Shown here: piece after piece, positions 23,448-34,194 of the stretch
Layout of the letters: every line of letters starts with the position of its first letter
How positions within the stretch are numbered: position 1 is the first letter of the stretch
From: an uncultured archaeon
GTDB lineage: Archaea > Asgardarchaeota > Thorarchaeia > Thorarchaeales > Thorarchaeaceae
Direction: 5' to 3'
DNA length: 64,000 bases
Assembly (NCBI GenBank): GCA_964558645.1
Contig: CAZLEV010000014.1
Coordinates: 1-64,000 of the forward strand
Notes under the pieces: generated by a model
The model's database searches: none
Seen by the model: only the letters and a program-made list of their open reading frames with translations
What the model was told of the DNA's origin: nothing
Position numbers and translations under genes: made by a program

Positions 23448-25739
23448 TTGTCTGAGGAAAACCCGTGTCAACTTGAAGTGACTGAAGAAGGAATCCGCCT
23501 GAGCAATGGCAATGTCACGATTTTCTTCGACACGCAGCTTGGCCTCCTTATGCTCACTTCTTCTGATGAGAAGGATATGTGCTTCTCGCGGGGCTATATC
23601 CAAGTCCATACAGAACAGGAAGTCTTCGACTCGAGACAGATGATCTACAAGAGTCTGAGCACTCTGGACTTCAGGGATGAGCGGGGAGAAGGAAAGGCAG
23701 TAGTGATCCGTCTGCAGAATGCCGAACAGTCAGCTGAGATTAACCTGAAACTAAGCATGACGAAGGAATACCCGGGGTATTCATCTGTAGTGCAATTCAA
23801 GAATAAGACAGGGGGTTCGGTGAAGGTAGACTCGATAGACCCCCTAGTCATCGATGTGGACGATGCCACTAGAGTCTATACCGGGTGGAAGTCCAAAGAA
23901 CTCTCCTTCTTCAGGAACGGATATCATTCCTGGGAACTCAGCCAAGCCACAGGGATAGCCGATGGGAGGAACGTAAGTCACTATTACTCTGTGCTTCACA
24001 ACACTAACAGTGGCAATTCAATTGCCCTGGGCTTCGTGACTCTAGCAGACCAACATCCAAAGATTATGGTCTTTGGAAGAAAAGAAGAAGACAGAAGATT
24101 GGCCCAGATAGCATCAAGCTGTTTTACAGATGGAGTTGCTTTGGGCAGTAATGCAACTCTGATGTCTGAAGAGCTTCTTGTGACAGTGGGAAACAATCCA
24201 TCAGATTGTCTTGGGATGTATATCGACATTCTTGCCAAGAGAATGCAGGCAATCAGCTGGGATGGTATTCCCACTGGCTGGTGTAGCTGGTACTTCTACT
24301 ACACAATGCCTGATGAAGAGGAGATTACGAATAACATCTCATTCCTGAAGAAGAGATTCCCGGAGATTGAGTGGATCCAGTTAGATGACGGGTATCAGAA
24401 GGCAGTCGGAGACTGGGAAGAGAACGAGAGATTTTCATCAGGGCTTGGTAAGATAGTGAAAGAGGCAGAAGAAGCCGGTTATCGTGCCGGTATCTGGACA
24501 GCACCCTTCATCGCCTCTGAGCACTCGGAGATATTCAAGGACAAACCTGATTGGTTTGTGAGAGATAATAACAATGAGCCCATTCCTGTAGACGAGAACC
24601 CGCTCTGGCTGGGCAAGTACTACGCTCTTGATCTCACGAATCCCCTTGTGCTTGATTTCATTGAGATCCTTTTCAAGACACTGAGAGAGGAGGGCTTTGA
24701 GTACTTCAAGATTGACTTCCTATACCATGCTGCTGTTCAGGGAAGAAGGTATGACAACAAGCTGACCGGCACTCAAGCTCTCAGACGAGGGCTGGAGAAG
24801 ATACGAGAATCAGTGGGGGACTCGCTCATTCTGGGTTGCGGAGCCCCCTTCGGACCATGCATCGGCCTTGTCAATATGATGAGAATAGGTACCGATATCG
24901 CCACAGACTGGCGTCTTGAATGGGGTGGAGGGGTTTACGAGTGCAGCATCAATACTATGACCAGAGCGAATCTCCACAACAGGCTCTGGATAAACGACCC
25001 AGACTGTATTCTTGTAAGACAGGATGATAGTAACCTGACCCTCGATGAGGTAAGGCTCTGGCTCTCGATTGTTGCCGTGAGCGGAGGGGCTGTGCTACTC
25101 AGCGACCGGATGATGGAAGTCAACGAAGAGCGGCTGGCCTTGGTGGACAAGATCTTGCCCCCAATGAGAACAGGTGGCTTCAGCCCTGATGCCCTGTACA
25201 AGGCCGAGCCCAGTTTGTTTGCCCTGCCAATCGACTGTCCTATGGGTCAGTGGACCATCGTGGCAGTCGTGAATCTAACGGAAGAAGCCACAGACAACCA
25301 GTTCTCATTGACTGACATAGGACGCGATGAAGGCGTACCCTGCCATGTCTTCGAGTTCTGGGAGCACACCTACGAGGGCGAGACCGAGGACATGGTGAAT
25401 ATCGAAAACGTGGAGCCGCATTCCTGTAGACTGTTCACCGTCAAGCCAAAGACGCAAGTTCCGTGTGTTCTTAGTACGTCGATACACTTTTCGCAAGGAG
25501 CCCTTGAGCTGAAGAATCAGGACTGGGATCCATCTCAGAACGAGCTGAGTATTGTCGTGAACAGAAACACTCACGTGGAAGAGAGTGTCTTTTTCGTGTT
25601 CTCTAGTGAATGGGAACCAATCGATGCTCTAATCGACGACAGACAGGTGGATATTGAGAAGGTTGCGCCGGAGGTCCTAGGAGTCAAGGCAGAATTCAGC
25701 GCAGGACAGGAGATCAGAGTCCGCTTCAAGCGACTATGA
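23448..25739 (+). CDS. Glycoside hydrolase family 36 (alpha-galactosidase-like)
   Basis: PTGWCSWY, IQLDDGYQ, GIWTAPF, YFKIDFL, LGCGAP, MRIGTD, WINDPDC. Confidence 0.93.
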   Translation: MSEENPCQLEVTEEGIRLSNGNVTIFFDTQLGLLMLTSSDEKDMCFSRGYIQVHTEQEVFDSRQMIYKSLSTLDFRDERGEGKAVVIRLQNAEQSAEINLKLSMTKEYPGYSSVVQFKNKTGGSVKVDSIDPLVIDVDDATRVYTGWKSKELSFFRNGYHSWELSQATGIADGRNVSHYYSVLHNTNSGNSIALGFVTLADQHPKIMVFGRKEEDRRLAQIASSCFTDGVALGSNATLMSEELLVTVGNNPSDCLGMYIDILAKRMQAISWDGIPTGWCSWYFYYTMPDEEEITNNISFLKKRFPEIEWIQLDDGYQKAVGDWEENERFSSGLGKIVKEAEEAGYRAGIWTAPFIASEHSEIFKDKPDWFVRDNNNEPIPVDENPLWLGKYYALDLTNPLVLDFIEILFKTLREEGFEYFKIDFLYHAAVQGRRYDNKLTGTQALRRGLEKIRESVGDSLILGCGAPFGPCIGLVNMMRIGTDIATDWRLEWGGGVYECSINTMTRANLHNRLWINDPDCILVRQDDSNLTLDEVRLWLSIVAVSGGAVLLSDRMMEVNEERLALVDKILPPMRTGGFSPDALYKAEPSLFALPIDCPMGQWTIVAVVNLTEEATDNQFSLTDIGRDEGVPCHVFEFWEHTYEGETEDMVNIENVEPHSCRLFTVKPKTQVPCVLSTSIHFSQGALELKNQDWDPSQNELSIVVNRNTHVEESVFFVFSSEWEPIDALIDDRQVDIEKVAPEVLGVKAEFSAGQEIRVRFKRL

Positions 25740-25750
25740 AGCCATTCACT

Positions 25751-26659
25751 TCACCCAACTATGCGGTTACTCAGGGTTCCTATTCCTTCGATATGGAGCT
25801 CCATAACATCCCCCTCACGCAGATATTCTGGGGGAGCGCGTGCATCTCCAACTCCTGCTGGGGTGCCGGTCGCGATGACATCGCCGGGTTCTAAGGTGAA
25901 TGACATGGAAAGGTATTGAATGATATCGGTAACACCATAGAGCAGGTTAGATGTATTGGAAGACTGCTTCACCCTGCCATTGATTTTGGTCCACAGGTCG
26001 AGACCCGACCCATCACCGAGCTCGTCGCAAGTCACTATCGCTGGGCCCATGGGACAGAAGGCATCAAGTGACTTCGCCCGAACCCATTGACCATCGCTTC
26101 TCTGCAGGTCTCTTGCACTGAGGTCATTCAAGACTGTGTATCCAGCCACATACTCCAGAGCCTCCTCTTTCGATGCGTCTTTGCAGCGTTTGCCTATCAC
26201 AACTCCGAGCTCAACCTCCCAATCAACCTTCTGACTTACTCGGGGTAGAGGGATCGGGGCATCTGGACCAACCACTGAAGAAGAGAACTTCGCAAATATC
26301 ACAGGAAAATCAGGAATCTCACGCCCTGTTTCCTCTATATGATCGCGATAGTTGAGGCCAAGTGCCACCACCTTTCCGGGACGTTCAATGGGGGCTTGTA
26401 TGTGGATAGCATCATGAGGTAGCAGGGACGGACGATCTCCATTCGGTAGAGCAGCATACCCATACAGCATTTCTCGGACAGCATCGAGACCCTTTTCCCA
26501 CTCAAGGAGGTCCTTCATCAATGTTGGAAAGGACTCGCCTCTAACTGGATGAGTCACATTCAGGTGAGAGGCAAGCTCAGGGAGATCCAGTATCCCTTCC
26601 TCTAGCTGGATTCCAATCGATTTCTCCTCATCTGTGGCATAGGTCACTAGTCTGGTCAT
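25751..26659 (-). CDS. Fumarylacetoacetate hydrolase family protein
   Basis: GLNYRDH, DWEVELGVVIG, NDLSARD, AKSLD.FCPMGP, GDVIATGTPAGVG. Confidence 0.95.
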   Translation of the reverse strand: MTRLVTYATDEEKSIGIQLEEGILDLPELASHLNVTHPVRGESFPTLMKDLLEWEKGLDAVREMLYGYAALPNGDRPSLLPHDAIHIQAPIERPGKVVALGLNYRDHIEETGREIPDFPVIFAKFSSSVVGPDAPIPLPRVSQKVDWEVELGVVIGKRCKDASKEEALEYVAGYTVLNDLSARDLQRSDGQWVRAKSLDAFCPMGPAIVTCDELGDGSGLDLWTKINGRVKQSSNTSNLLYGVTDIIQYLSMSFTLEPGDVIATGTPAGVGDARAPPEYLREGDVMELHIEGIGTLSNRIVG

Positions 26660-26702
26660 GCAGCAACCGGTAAGACCGTCTCATTTATCCGTAATGGTGC
26701 TG

Positions 26703-27050
26703 ATGAAGAGCAAGGTGTGTACATTGGGAGAGAAGAGCCTTGACGAGCTGCCAGACGAGGTCTTTGTTGCACTGGGAAGAAGAGGGATGGAAGGAATCCC
26801 CCTCAAAGAGTGCACATATGCTTGTGATGGTGATGAGCTATCACTGATTGATTTTGAACGAAGACCGGATACCATCACAGGCAGGGGACTAGAACCTGTT
26901 GTTGAGGACTGGACGGTTCGCTGCGATAAATGCAAGAGAGCCTTCACGATACGCTGCAAGATACGATATGTGGATGGAGAACGCATTGATACGATGGTCA
27001 ACCTGATGGACGACAAGGGAGTCGACTTGGGTTGGCTTGGAAGCTTTTGA
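26703..27050 (+). CDS. Small Cys-rich (probable Zn-binding) hypothetical protein
   Basis: CTYAC and CDKC pairs. Sits upstream of the leuB-like operon on the same strand. Confidence 0.65.
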   Translation: MKSKVCTLGEKSLDELPDEVFVALGRRGMEGIPLKECTYACDGDELSLIDFERRPDTITGRGLEPVVEDWTVRCDKCKRAFTIRCKIRYVDGERIDTMVNLMDDKGVDLGWLGSF

Positions 27051-27065
27051 AATCAGGGGATTCGG

Positions 27066-28226
27066 ATGGCAAGAGAATACACTATTGCGGTACTGCCGGG
27101 CGACGGGATAGGAAGAGAAGTCATCCCTGAAGCAACCAAGGTGCTCGAACACATCCAGGCTGCACAGGGAAAGAGATTTCTCAGATTCAAGGATTTTGAA
27201 TGCGGAGGAGAGTACTATGCTGAGACAGGCAGAGAGTGGTCCCAGGAAACAGAGAGTTTCGCCAAAGAGCAGGCTGATGCAATACTCTTCGGAGCTGTTG
27301 GCGGTATCGATGACAATGGAAACGCGGTCAGACTACCAGATGGAAATCTTGCAGGCTACAGCATTGCATTAGGACTAAGATTCGATTTGGACCTCTATGC
27401 CAACGTCAGGCCAGTCAAGCTGTATGAAGGAGTTCCTTCACCTCTTAACCTCCAGAAGCGAGGGGACATCGACCTTGTGATAGTCCGAGAGAATACCGAG
27501 GGCCTCTATAGCCCTGTCAGAGGAACTCTCACAAGAGGGGGAGAGCAGGAAACAGCCATCGATGTAAGAATCATTAGTCAGAAAGGAAGTCAAAGAGTAG
27601 CCAGATTTGCATTTGAGATGTCGCGGAAGCGGAGCGGAGCACCTGCAGATCAGGTCAAGCGAGTCACATGTGTGGACAAGAGTAATCTCCTTGCTGGATG
27701 CATGCTTTTTAGAGAGACCTATGAAAAGGTCGCAGAAGACTTCCCAGACGTGGCACCGGACTGCCAGTATGTTGATGCCTTTGCACAGGGGTTGATTCTG
27801 AAACCATCAAGATACGATGTGGTGGTCACACCAAACGAGTTCGGTGACATTGTGTCAGACATTGGAGCAGCCATACAGGGGGGACTCGGGATGGCTCCGG
27901 CAGCAAGCATTGGACAAGAGAAAGCAGTCTTCGAGCCAGTTCATGGCTCTGCTCCAAAACACTACGGCCAAAACACGGCAAACCCTATCGCTGCGGTCTT
28001 GTCGGCAGCAATGCTACTCGACTGGCTGGGTGAAAGACATGCGGACCCGAGATGCACTTCTGGCGCAGAAGCCATCAGAGAGGGGGTTGCACAGGTTCTT
28101 CGAGAGGGGGAAGTCAGAACCTTTGACATATGCCGGGGTAGGTGGGCCGGAGTCGAACCCGCATCAACGCAGGAAGTTGGCACTGAGATTGCCAAGAGAT
28201 CCGAGCAAGCCTTGCGGGGGGAATGA
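27066..28226 (+). CDS. Isocitrate/isopropylmalate dehydrogenase family protein (LeuB-like)
   Basis: LPGDGIG.EV, YANVRP, RENTEGLY, VDKSN, N.FGDIVSD, FEPVHGSAP, ANPIA. Confidence 0.95.
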   Translation: MAREYTIAVLPGDGIGREVIPEATKVLEHIQAAQGKRFLRFKDFECGGEYYAETGREWSQETESFAKEQADAILFGAVGGIDDNGNAVRLPDGNLAGYSIALGLRFDLDLYANVRPVKLYEGVPSPLNLQKRGDIDLVIVRENTEGLYSPVRGTLTRGGEQETAIDVRIISQKGSQRVARFAFEMSRKRSGAPADQVKRVTCVDKSNLLAGCMLFRETYEKVAEDFPDVAPDCQYVDAFAQGLILKPSRYDVVVTPNEFGDIVSDIGAAIQGGLGMAPAASIGQEKAVFEPVHGSAPKHYGQNTANPIAAVLSAAMLLDWLGERHADPRCTSGAEAIREGVAQVLREGEVRTFDICRGRWAGVEPASTQEVGTEIAKRSEQALRGE

Positions 28227-28229
28227 CCG

Positions 28230-29495
28230 ATGGGAGAAACTCTCGCTGAGAAGATCCTTGCAGATCACTCGACTGAGGGTAAGGCAACAGCAGGAGAGAT
28301 CATTGAGGCCCAAATAGACCTGCTGATGACCCATGAAGTGCTTGGCTCAAGAGTCCTCCCGATTCTAGAAGAGATGGGGTTTGAGAAGGTCTGGGATCCA
28401 CAGAGGATTCTCGTCGTCAATGACCACTGGGCACCTGCAAAGGACACGCAGAGTGCAGAGATTCACAGACGTAACCGTGATTTTGTCAAGGAGCAGGGTA
28501 TCGAACACTTCTGTGACATCGATTGTGGAATCTGTCATCAAGTATTGCCAGAGTTGGGACTGGTCAAACCGGGCGATTTGGTGATTGGCTCAGACTCGCA
28601 TTCAACAACCTATGGTGCATTCAATGCATTCTCAACTGGCCTAGCTGCTACCGACACTGCAATAATACTAGCCACAGGGAAGAACTGGTTCAGAGTGCCC
28701 CAGTCAGTCAGAGTTGAGGTCCAAGGGGAGCTAGGCCGGTGGGTGATGAGTAAGGATTTGATACTCAGGATCATCAAGGACATTGGTGCTGATGGAGCTA
28801 ACTACATGTCAATGGAGTTTCACGGACCCACAGTTGAAAGAATGTCAGTTGCATCGAGGATGACCATCTGCAATATGACTGTTGAAGCAGGTGCAAAATG
28901 TGGCCTTATGACAGTAAATGACTCAGTCAGAATGTGGCTTGAGACATATACACCTGATTCTTCGTGGCAGCCTGTTTACCCTGATGACGATGCTGAGTAT
29001 CTCGACACCTTGGAATACAATCTCCTTCAGGACCCCTTGGAACCCATGGTGGCATTTCCCCACAGCCCAGCAAACGGCAAACCGGTCTCCGAAGCGGAAG
29101 GCATCGAATTCGATCAGGCCTTCATTGGGTCGTGCACTAACGGAAGAATCGAAGATTTGAGAACTGCTGCAATGATACTGAAGGGTAAGCATGTTCACCC
29201 CGATATTCGCCTAGTGGTCACTCCAGCAAGTAGAATTACCTACTTGGCTGCTCTTGATGAGAGCATCATTGAAACGCTCCTCAGAGCCGGCGCAGTAATC
29301 ACCAATCCAACATGTGGAGCATGTGTAGGGGGCCATCTTGGCGTCTTGGGGAAGGGAGAGGTGTGCGTGTCATCAACAAATCGCAACTTCAGAGGGAGGA
29401 TGGGAGACCCTGACTCGGAGGTGTATCTCGCATCGCCTGCAACGGTTGCTGCAAGTGCACTAAAGGGGAGAATAACGGATCCGCGAAGAGTGTAG
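28230..29495 (+). CDS. leuC: 3-isopropylmalate dehydratase / homoaconitase large subunit (LeuC/HacA-like)
   Basis: TLAEKIL, GICHQV, DSHSTTYGA, IGSCTNGR, CGACVG, STNRNF.GRMG. Substrate not resolved. Confidence 0.9.
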   Translation: MGETLAEKILADHSTEGKATAGEIIEAQIDLLMTHEVLGSRVLPILEEMGFEKVWDPQRILVVNDHWAPAKDTQSAEIHRRNRDFVKEQGIEHFCDIDCGICHQVLPELGLVKPGDLVIGSDSHSTTYGAFNAFSTGLAATDTAIILATGKNWFRVPQSVRVEVQGELGRWVMSKDLILRIIKDIGADGANYMSMEFHGPTVERMSVASRMTICNMTVEAGAKCGLMTVNDSVRMWLETYTPDSSWQPVYPDDDAEYLDTLEYNLLQDPLEPMVAFPHSPANGKPVSEAEGIEFDQAFIGSCTNGRIEDLRTAAMILKGKHVHPDIRLVVTPASRITYLAALDESIIETLLRAGAVITNPTCGACVGGHLGVLGKGEVCVSSTNRNFRGRMGDPDSEVYLASPATVAASALKGRITDPRRV

Positions 29496-29498
29496 ACC

Positions 29499-30014
29499 AT
29501 GAGAAAAGAGATATGCACGATAGAGGGCCGCGCCTGGCTCTTGGGTGACAATGTTGACACAGATCAGATCGTGCCAGGACGGTATCTCACATATCTCGAC
29601 TATGAGGAGATGGCACAGCATGCTCTTGAGGGGCTTCGCAGGGAATTCAGCAAGCAGGCAAGAGAAGGTGACGTAATAGTCGCAGGGCGTAACTTCGGGG
29701 GAGGCTCTTCCCGTGAGGAAGCACCTCAAGTACTTCGTACACTCGGCATTGGGTGTATAATTGCAGAGTCTGTCTCTCGGCTGTTCTATCGGAACTCGTT
29801 CAACATTGGCTTGCCAGTTATCATTCTTGAAGATGCGACATCGAAGATAGCAGAGGGGGACGTGCTATCAGTTGAACTCACAGACGGAACGGTAATAGAC
29901 CAGACAAAAAACAAGACATTTGATGCCGACCCAATTCCGCAGTATATGCTTGAGCTGATTCGAGAGGGAGGAGCTGTGAAGAGGTATCAAAGAGAGATGA
30001 CAAGAAAACGCTAA
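29499..30014 (+). CDS. leuD: 3-isopropylmalate dehydratase / homoaconitase small subunit (LeuD/HacB-like)
   Basis: GDNVDTDQI.PGRYL, NFGGGSSRE.A, FYRN.FNIGLP. Confidence 0.9.
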   Translation: MRKEICTIEGRAWLLGDNVDTDQIVPGRYLTYLDYEEMAQHALEGLRREFSKQAREGDVIVAGRNFGGGSSREEAPQVLRTLGIGCIIAESVSRLFYRNSFNIGLPVIILEDATSKIAEGDVLSVELTDGTVIDQTKNKTFDADPIPQYMLELIREGGAVKRYQREMTRKR

Positions 30015-30059
30015 AAGACTATGTGGAAGCTGGTCAACTCGTTCTATAGGTGATAGTGA

Positions 30060-31850
30060 ATGAATGTTATGCTGTTCCTTTTGATTTCAATATTATTGCA
30101 CGCGATCCCTTTGCCTTATATCCCTGGAATGCTTACAGCACGAGGCCTCATCAGATGGTTGCCTCTGCGGCTGATATGGGCAACTGTTGCATGGTTGATA
30201 ATCTGCATCTTCACAATGATGGCTCTCCCCTGGGCCATCTTGAGTCTTCTCATGAGCGTTGGAGTCCTTCTGATATTCTCGGGCGGTTTCCGTCCAGGAG
30301 GGCGAATCCAAGACATGATGGAAGGAAAGAGGCTGCCTTTCATCTGTATGGGCTTCATCATTGTACTTGTCATTCCAGGATTCACTGGAATCATAACTTG
30401 GACATCGGATGTTGCCAATGCCCAGACAGTAGACCAGTTTATCACTGAAGAAGATGGAATGCTGTTCGACAACCAAATACCCGATGATCGAGTCCGCCTT
30501 GTGACTTCGCTCTATGCCTCGTTTGTTGCAAGGAAGTTCCTCTCGTCGATAGGATCAAATGTTGAGATTGCCGCCTCACATGTCACAACCCGTGCCGGGC
30601 GACTCGTATGGGTTTGCATCGTTGTATCCACAAATGTCCTTGCAGAGAACTTCATCCAAGGATTCATTGTGGTCGATGCAAACAACCCGAGTCTGGTCGA
30701 GGTCATCACAGATGTGCAGATACCTGTAGGTGAGGGGCTCTTCTGGGATCGGAATATTCAGTTCGGCAACTATCTCGAGGACATGACATCTGCGTATGAA
30801 TATGCCTATCCGACATGGGATCCTGTAGACAATCTGGTCTATGTCCAGACACGTACACAACTTGGATGGGATTTTGTTGAGCGTCCCTTGGGGCCGAAGG
30901 TCTACTGTCAGAATGGCACAGTAAGAGCGTACGGAACTCTAGAGGAAACACCGGACTGGATAACACAGGCATATTCTGAGGAATGGCTGGAACGTCAGAT
31001 AAACCGCTGGGGTGGATATAGACGGGGTGACGGATTTGACCTCTTCGCTGGAGGATTCTTGTGGCTCATCCAAGCATCAAGAGACAGACTCAGAATGACC
31101 GAGGATACCCGATACATACTAAACCCCGATACGAACCGGGTAGAGGCGCTAGTTGCGCTCCATCCACCCGATGCGGCCAGCCTTACTCTCAGCGGCCTTA
31201 TCAGAGGTACATCAGATGGCATCTATTACTATGACATGTCTGCGCTTTCATACGTCAGTGGCGAGGCCGCAGTTAACGAAGTGATCAAGCAGTTTGCACA
31301 ACCTGTCAGTGGGTCATACTTCGGAGCCATGCCATTGTTGTACCCAGTACAGATCAACTCAACCTACACACGTCAGGCATGGTACTGCCCGGTCTACTGG
31401 TATGACTCAAGCTACAATGAGGATGCTGAGGCCTACGAAATTAGCGACTTCAGGCTCCATGCGTTTGGTATTGTGGACGCCCAATCAGAGGGAATCTCCT
31501 TCACCCAGACCAAGGGAACAACCTCCAATCCGGATCTTGTCGCCGCCGTCAGAGAAGGATATATCGAAGAAGTGGAGAATTTGCTCGGTGTTGTGGAGGA
31601 GCCCACTGAAGAAGAGCGTCTTGAGCTCAGCGCAACAGCCCTTAACGTGACATCCTATGTTTCGGGAGGTAATACGCACATCGTGTTGAGAACGGATAAC
31701 TCAACCTACGAGTGGATTGAAGGAATGGCCGACTGGATGAACACGACCGATTGGTACGAACTGCTCACAATCTCACCTGGTGATAGTTTCACAGCAACCC
31801 TAGAGGAACACGAGGGAATCCTCAGGATTGTGGCATTCGTCAAGCACTAG
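30060..31850 (+). CDS. Membrane protein with large extracytoplasmic domain, unknown function
   Basis: 596-aa ORF with about 4 N-terminal TM helices followed by a long soluble beta-rich region. Confidence 0.8.
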   Translation: MNVMLFLLISILLHAIPLPYIPGMLTARGLIRWLPLRLIWATVAWLIICIFTMMALPWAILSLLMSVGVLLIFSGGFRPGGRIQDMMEGKRLPFICMGFIIVLVIPGFTGIITWTSDVANAQTVDQFITEEDGMLFDNQIPDDRVRLVTSLYASFVARKFLSSIGSNVEIAASHVTTRAGRLVWVCIVVSTNVLAENFIQGFIVVDANNPSLVEVITDVQIPVGEGLFWDRNIQFGNYLEDMTSAYEYAYPTWDPVDNLVYVQTRTQLGWDFVERPLGPKVYCQNGTVRAYGTLEETPDWITQAYSEEWLERQINRWGGYRRGDGFDLFAGGFLWLIQASRDRLRMTEDTRYILNPDTNRVEALVALHPPDAASLTLSGLIRGTSDGIYYYDMSALSYVSGEAAVNEVIKQFAQPVSGSYFGAMPLLYPVQINSTYTRQAWYCPVYWYDSSYNEDAEAYEISDFRLHAFGIVDAQSEGISFTQTKGTTSNPDLVAAVREGYIEEVENLLGVVEEPTEEERLELSATALNVTSYVSGGNTHIVLRTDNSTYEWIEGMADWMNTTDWYELLTISPGDSFTATLEEHEGILRIVAFVKH

Positions 31851-31854
31851 CTCT

Positions 31855-31873
31855 GGAGGGAGGAACTCCCTCC
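31855..31873. terminator. Hairpin between convergent genes
   Basis: GGAGGGAG-GAA-CTCCCTCC in a 31-bp gap between two stop codons. Confidence 0.6.
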
Positions 31874-31881
31874 CTTCTCGC

Positions 31882-32433
31882 TTATTTGCTGGACATCTTC
31901 TCTCTGAGGGCGCGGTATTTAGATTTCATTGAATTCCAGATCTTTTCTCTGCGAGACATCACTGCATCGGTATGCATCGGGCATTGATCTCCCAGAGGGC
32001 AGGCATCCTCGAAACCGCCGTGATCATGAAGAGCGTCAACTAATGAACGTTTGAGCAGCTCTTCTCTGAAATTGTCCATCTCGTTACGCGTGATAGTGCC
32101 CCAATCCTTGTCTCGGAATCTGGGCATATCAAGCACTTCCGAAACGGCCTCGAAGACTGTACGCACGACCTCGGGAGCCTCTTCAGAGAGCCCGATGACA
32201 ACAGAATGACCGCTTGGCATCTTCTTCGAGAAACGCATCTGGGTGTCCCCCATTGTGATTGAGTTCAGGGATAGACCGGCCCCCAGGGTTGGGGGTATTG
32301 TCTCTATAGCGGAGAGCAGTCCAGATAGCATCTCAGGGTTCTTGAAGGCAGTCCTGCAGAACCCACCGAAACACTTGCTATAGATGGGAAGACCAGATTC
32401 TGTATAGACCATCAGATACTCCAACTTCGTCAT
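31882..32433 (-). CDS. Longin-like domain protein with Cys-rich tail
   Basis: LMVYTESGLPIYSK...MLSGLLSAIET...SITMGD is the Asgard longin pattern. CPLGDQCPMH near the C-terminus. Confidence 0.7.
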   Translation of the reverse strand: MTKLEYLMVYTESGLPIYSKCFGGFCRTAFKNPEMLSGLLSAIETIPPTLGAGLSLNSITMGDTQMRFSKKMPSGHSVVIGLSEEAPEVVRTVFEAVSEVLDMPRFRDKDWGTITRNEMDNFREELLKRSLVDALHDHGGFEDACPLGDQCPMHTDAVMSRREKIWNSMKSKYRALREKMSSK

Positions 32434-32524
32434 GAATACATTCCTCTCTTCTTTCATGCAGATTTGATTTACACGAATACTCGACTAAAAAGGGCTTCTA
32501 GTAACATCCTGGCAGCCCTTATCC

Positions 32525-33691
32525 TCAAGACAGAAACTCCTTGTAGACTTCTCGCTGGATGAGAAATCTGAGTATCTCCACAGTACCCCCTCCGATAGTC
32601 ATCAGACGCGCATCACGAAGGAATCGTTCTATCGGATAGTCGGTCGTATAACCGGCACCGCCAAGAATCTGTAGAGCATCATTGGCTATCTCTATGGCAG
32701 CCTCAGTCGTGTAGAGCTTGGCAATCGTTGCTTGCTTGGTAGCCTTCATTCCCTTGTCAAGCATCCTCGCAGCTGTGAGCGTCAGCGCTCGTCCAGCCTC
32801 TAACTTCATGGCCATGTCGGCGATTTTGAAACTGACACCCTCGAACTGCCTGATCTTTCTTCCGAATTGCTCTCGCTCATCAGAATACTTAACCGCAATC
32901 TCATAGGGAGTACGGCCGTATCCTATTGCCTCACCTGCAATAGCCGTCCTCTCACTGTCGAGTTCATCCATGAGAATCCAGAAGCCCTGACCGGGCTCAC
33001 CAAGAACCATTCCGGGCCTCACACGAACATCTTCAAGCTTGAGATGCGATACTCTTGCAGACTTCATTCCCATGAGGTCATGATCTTCAACAACACTAAA
33101 CCCATCAGTACTGGTATCCACAATGAATGCGGTCATTCCCTCCTTGGACTTGACCTCAGGATTAGTGATTGCAAAACAGCACATATAGTCAGCCTGGCTT
33201 CCATTCGTTATGTAGCGTTTCTCTCCGTTGATCACCCACTCATCGCCATCTCTTCTCGCCTGAGTCTCCATACCAGCAGTATCTGATCCTACATTAGGTT
33301 CAGTGATTCCGATACAGCCAATCTTTTCACCGGTGATAATCGGCTTGAGATACTTCTCCTTCTGCTCCTTCGTCCCAAACTTGCTGACCGGCATCCCATA
33401 CAAGGTGGTCGAGGCCATGCGGGCCATATCGAGACCTCCATTCACAGCAGAGATCTCCTCGGCCACGATTATCTCGAAGGAGTTTCCACGTTGTGAACCG
33501 CCGAGTTCCTTCTCGTGAAGAACACCCATATACCCAGCTTCTCCAATCTTCCGAAGAAGGTCTTTCGGATAGGGGCCGTGGTCAATTTCGTCAGCGATTG
33601 GGGCTATCTCTCTCTCGCAGAAGTCTCGCACTTCCCTGCGAAAAGCAATCTCATCTTCTGTCCATAGAACATCACTCAAGTGAGCAGTCAT
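32525..33691 (-). CDS. Acyl-CoA dehydrogenase
   Basis: GITEPNVGSD, NGEKRYITNG, REQFGRKI, ERFLRDAR...IGGGT.EI. Confidence 0.96.
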   Translation of the reverse strand: MTAHLSDVLWTEDEIAFRREVRDFCEREIAPIADEIDHGPYPKDLLRKIGEAGYMGVLHEKELGGSQRGNSFEIIVAEEISAVNGGLDMARMASTTLYGMPVSKFGTKEQKEKYLKPIITGEKIGCIGITEPNVGSDTAGMETQARRDGDEWVINGEKRYITNGSQADYMCCFAITNPEVKSKEGMTAFIVDTSTDGFSVVEDHDLMGMKSARVSHLKLEDVRVRPGMVLGEPGQGFWILMDELDSERTAIAGEAIGYGRTPYEIAVKYSDEREQFGRKIRQFEGVSFKIADMAMKLEAGRALTLTAARMLDKGMKATKQATIAKLYTTEAAIEIANDALQILGGAGYTTDYPIERFLRDARLMTIGGGTVEILRFLIQREVYKEFLS

Positions 33692-33805
33692 GTCAATACC
33701 CTAACGCGGGTGTAACGTATTACTCCTTAAATGAATACCTGTAAGAACTGCACCATTCAGTGGACCATATGCAGTCTTCAGACGGCCGCAGTAACACTAC
33801 ACCTG

Positions 33806-34147
33806 CTAGACTGGTCGGAACCGAAAACGTTGCGACTTGTCAACTTCAACAGACACTGGGGTGCCTACTTCTATACTGCTGGAAATGTTGGTGTCCCCCA
33901 CACACAACACCGCGGCGCCTCCCTCCAGTTTGACCAGTGCAAGAAGCAATGGAGCATCAAACCCCTCGGGAGGCATATGGAGAAGCGTGTAGCTCTCGAT
34001 TGTACCCTGTGGAGGCAAGTCAACAGCCACCACATCAGAGCCATCGCTCCTGCAGTAGGGGCATATCTCGCGTGGAGGTACCACAACCCGCCCGCACTGG
34101 GTACATCTAGATGCTTTGATAGTCAATTGCAGTCCCAACATCTGCAA
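33806..34147 (-). CDS. DUF35-type Zn-ribbon/OB-fold protein
   Basis: RCTQCG...PPREICPYC, GTIESYT, ALVKLEGG. Confidence 0.85.
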   Translation of the reverse strand: MQMLGLQLTIKASRCTQCGRVVVPPREICPYCRSDGSDVVAVDLPPQGTIESYTLLHMPPEGFDAPLLLALVKLEGGAAVLCVGDTNISSSIEVGTPVSVEVDKSQRFRFRPV

Positions 34148-34194
34148 GGAGAGAATAGAGAAAAGAGTTTTGCCTCACACTCGCTTCAATACAA

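Noticed and set aside
28135-28170. tRNA-like GGAGTCGAACCC (T-arm on the minus strand)
   Set aside because: It lies within the leuB-like CDS, and no acceptor, D or anticodon arms can be formed.
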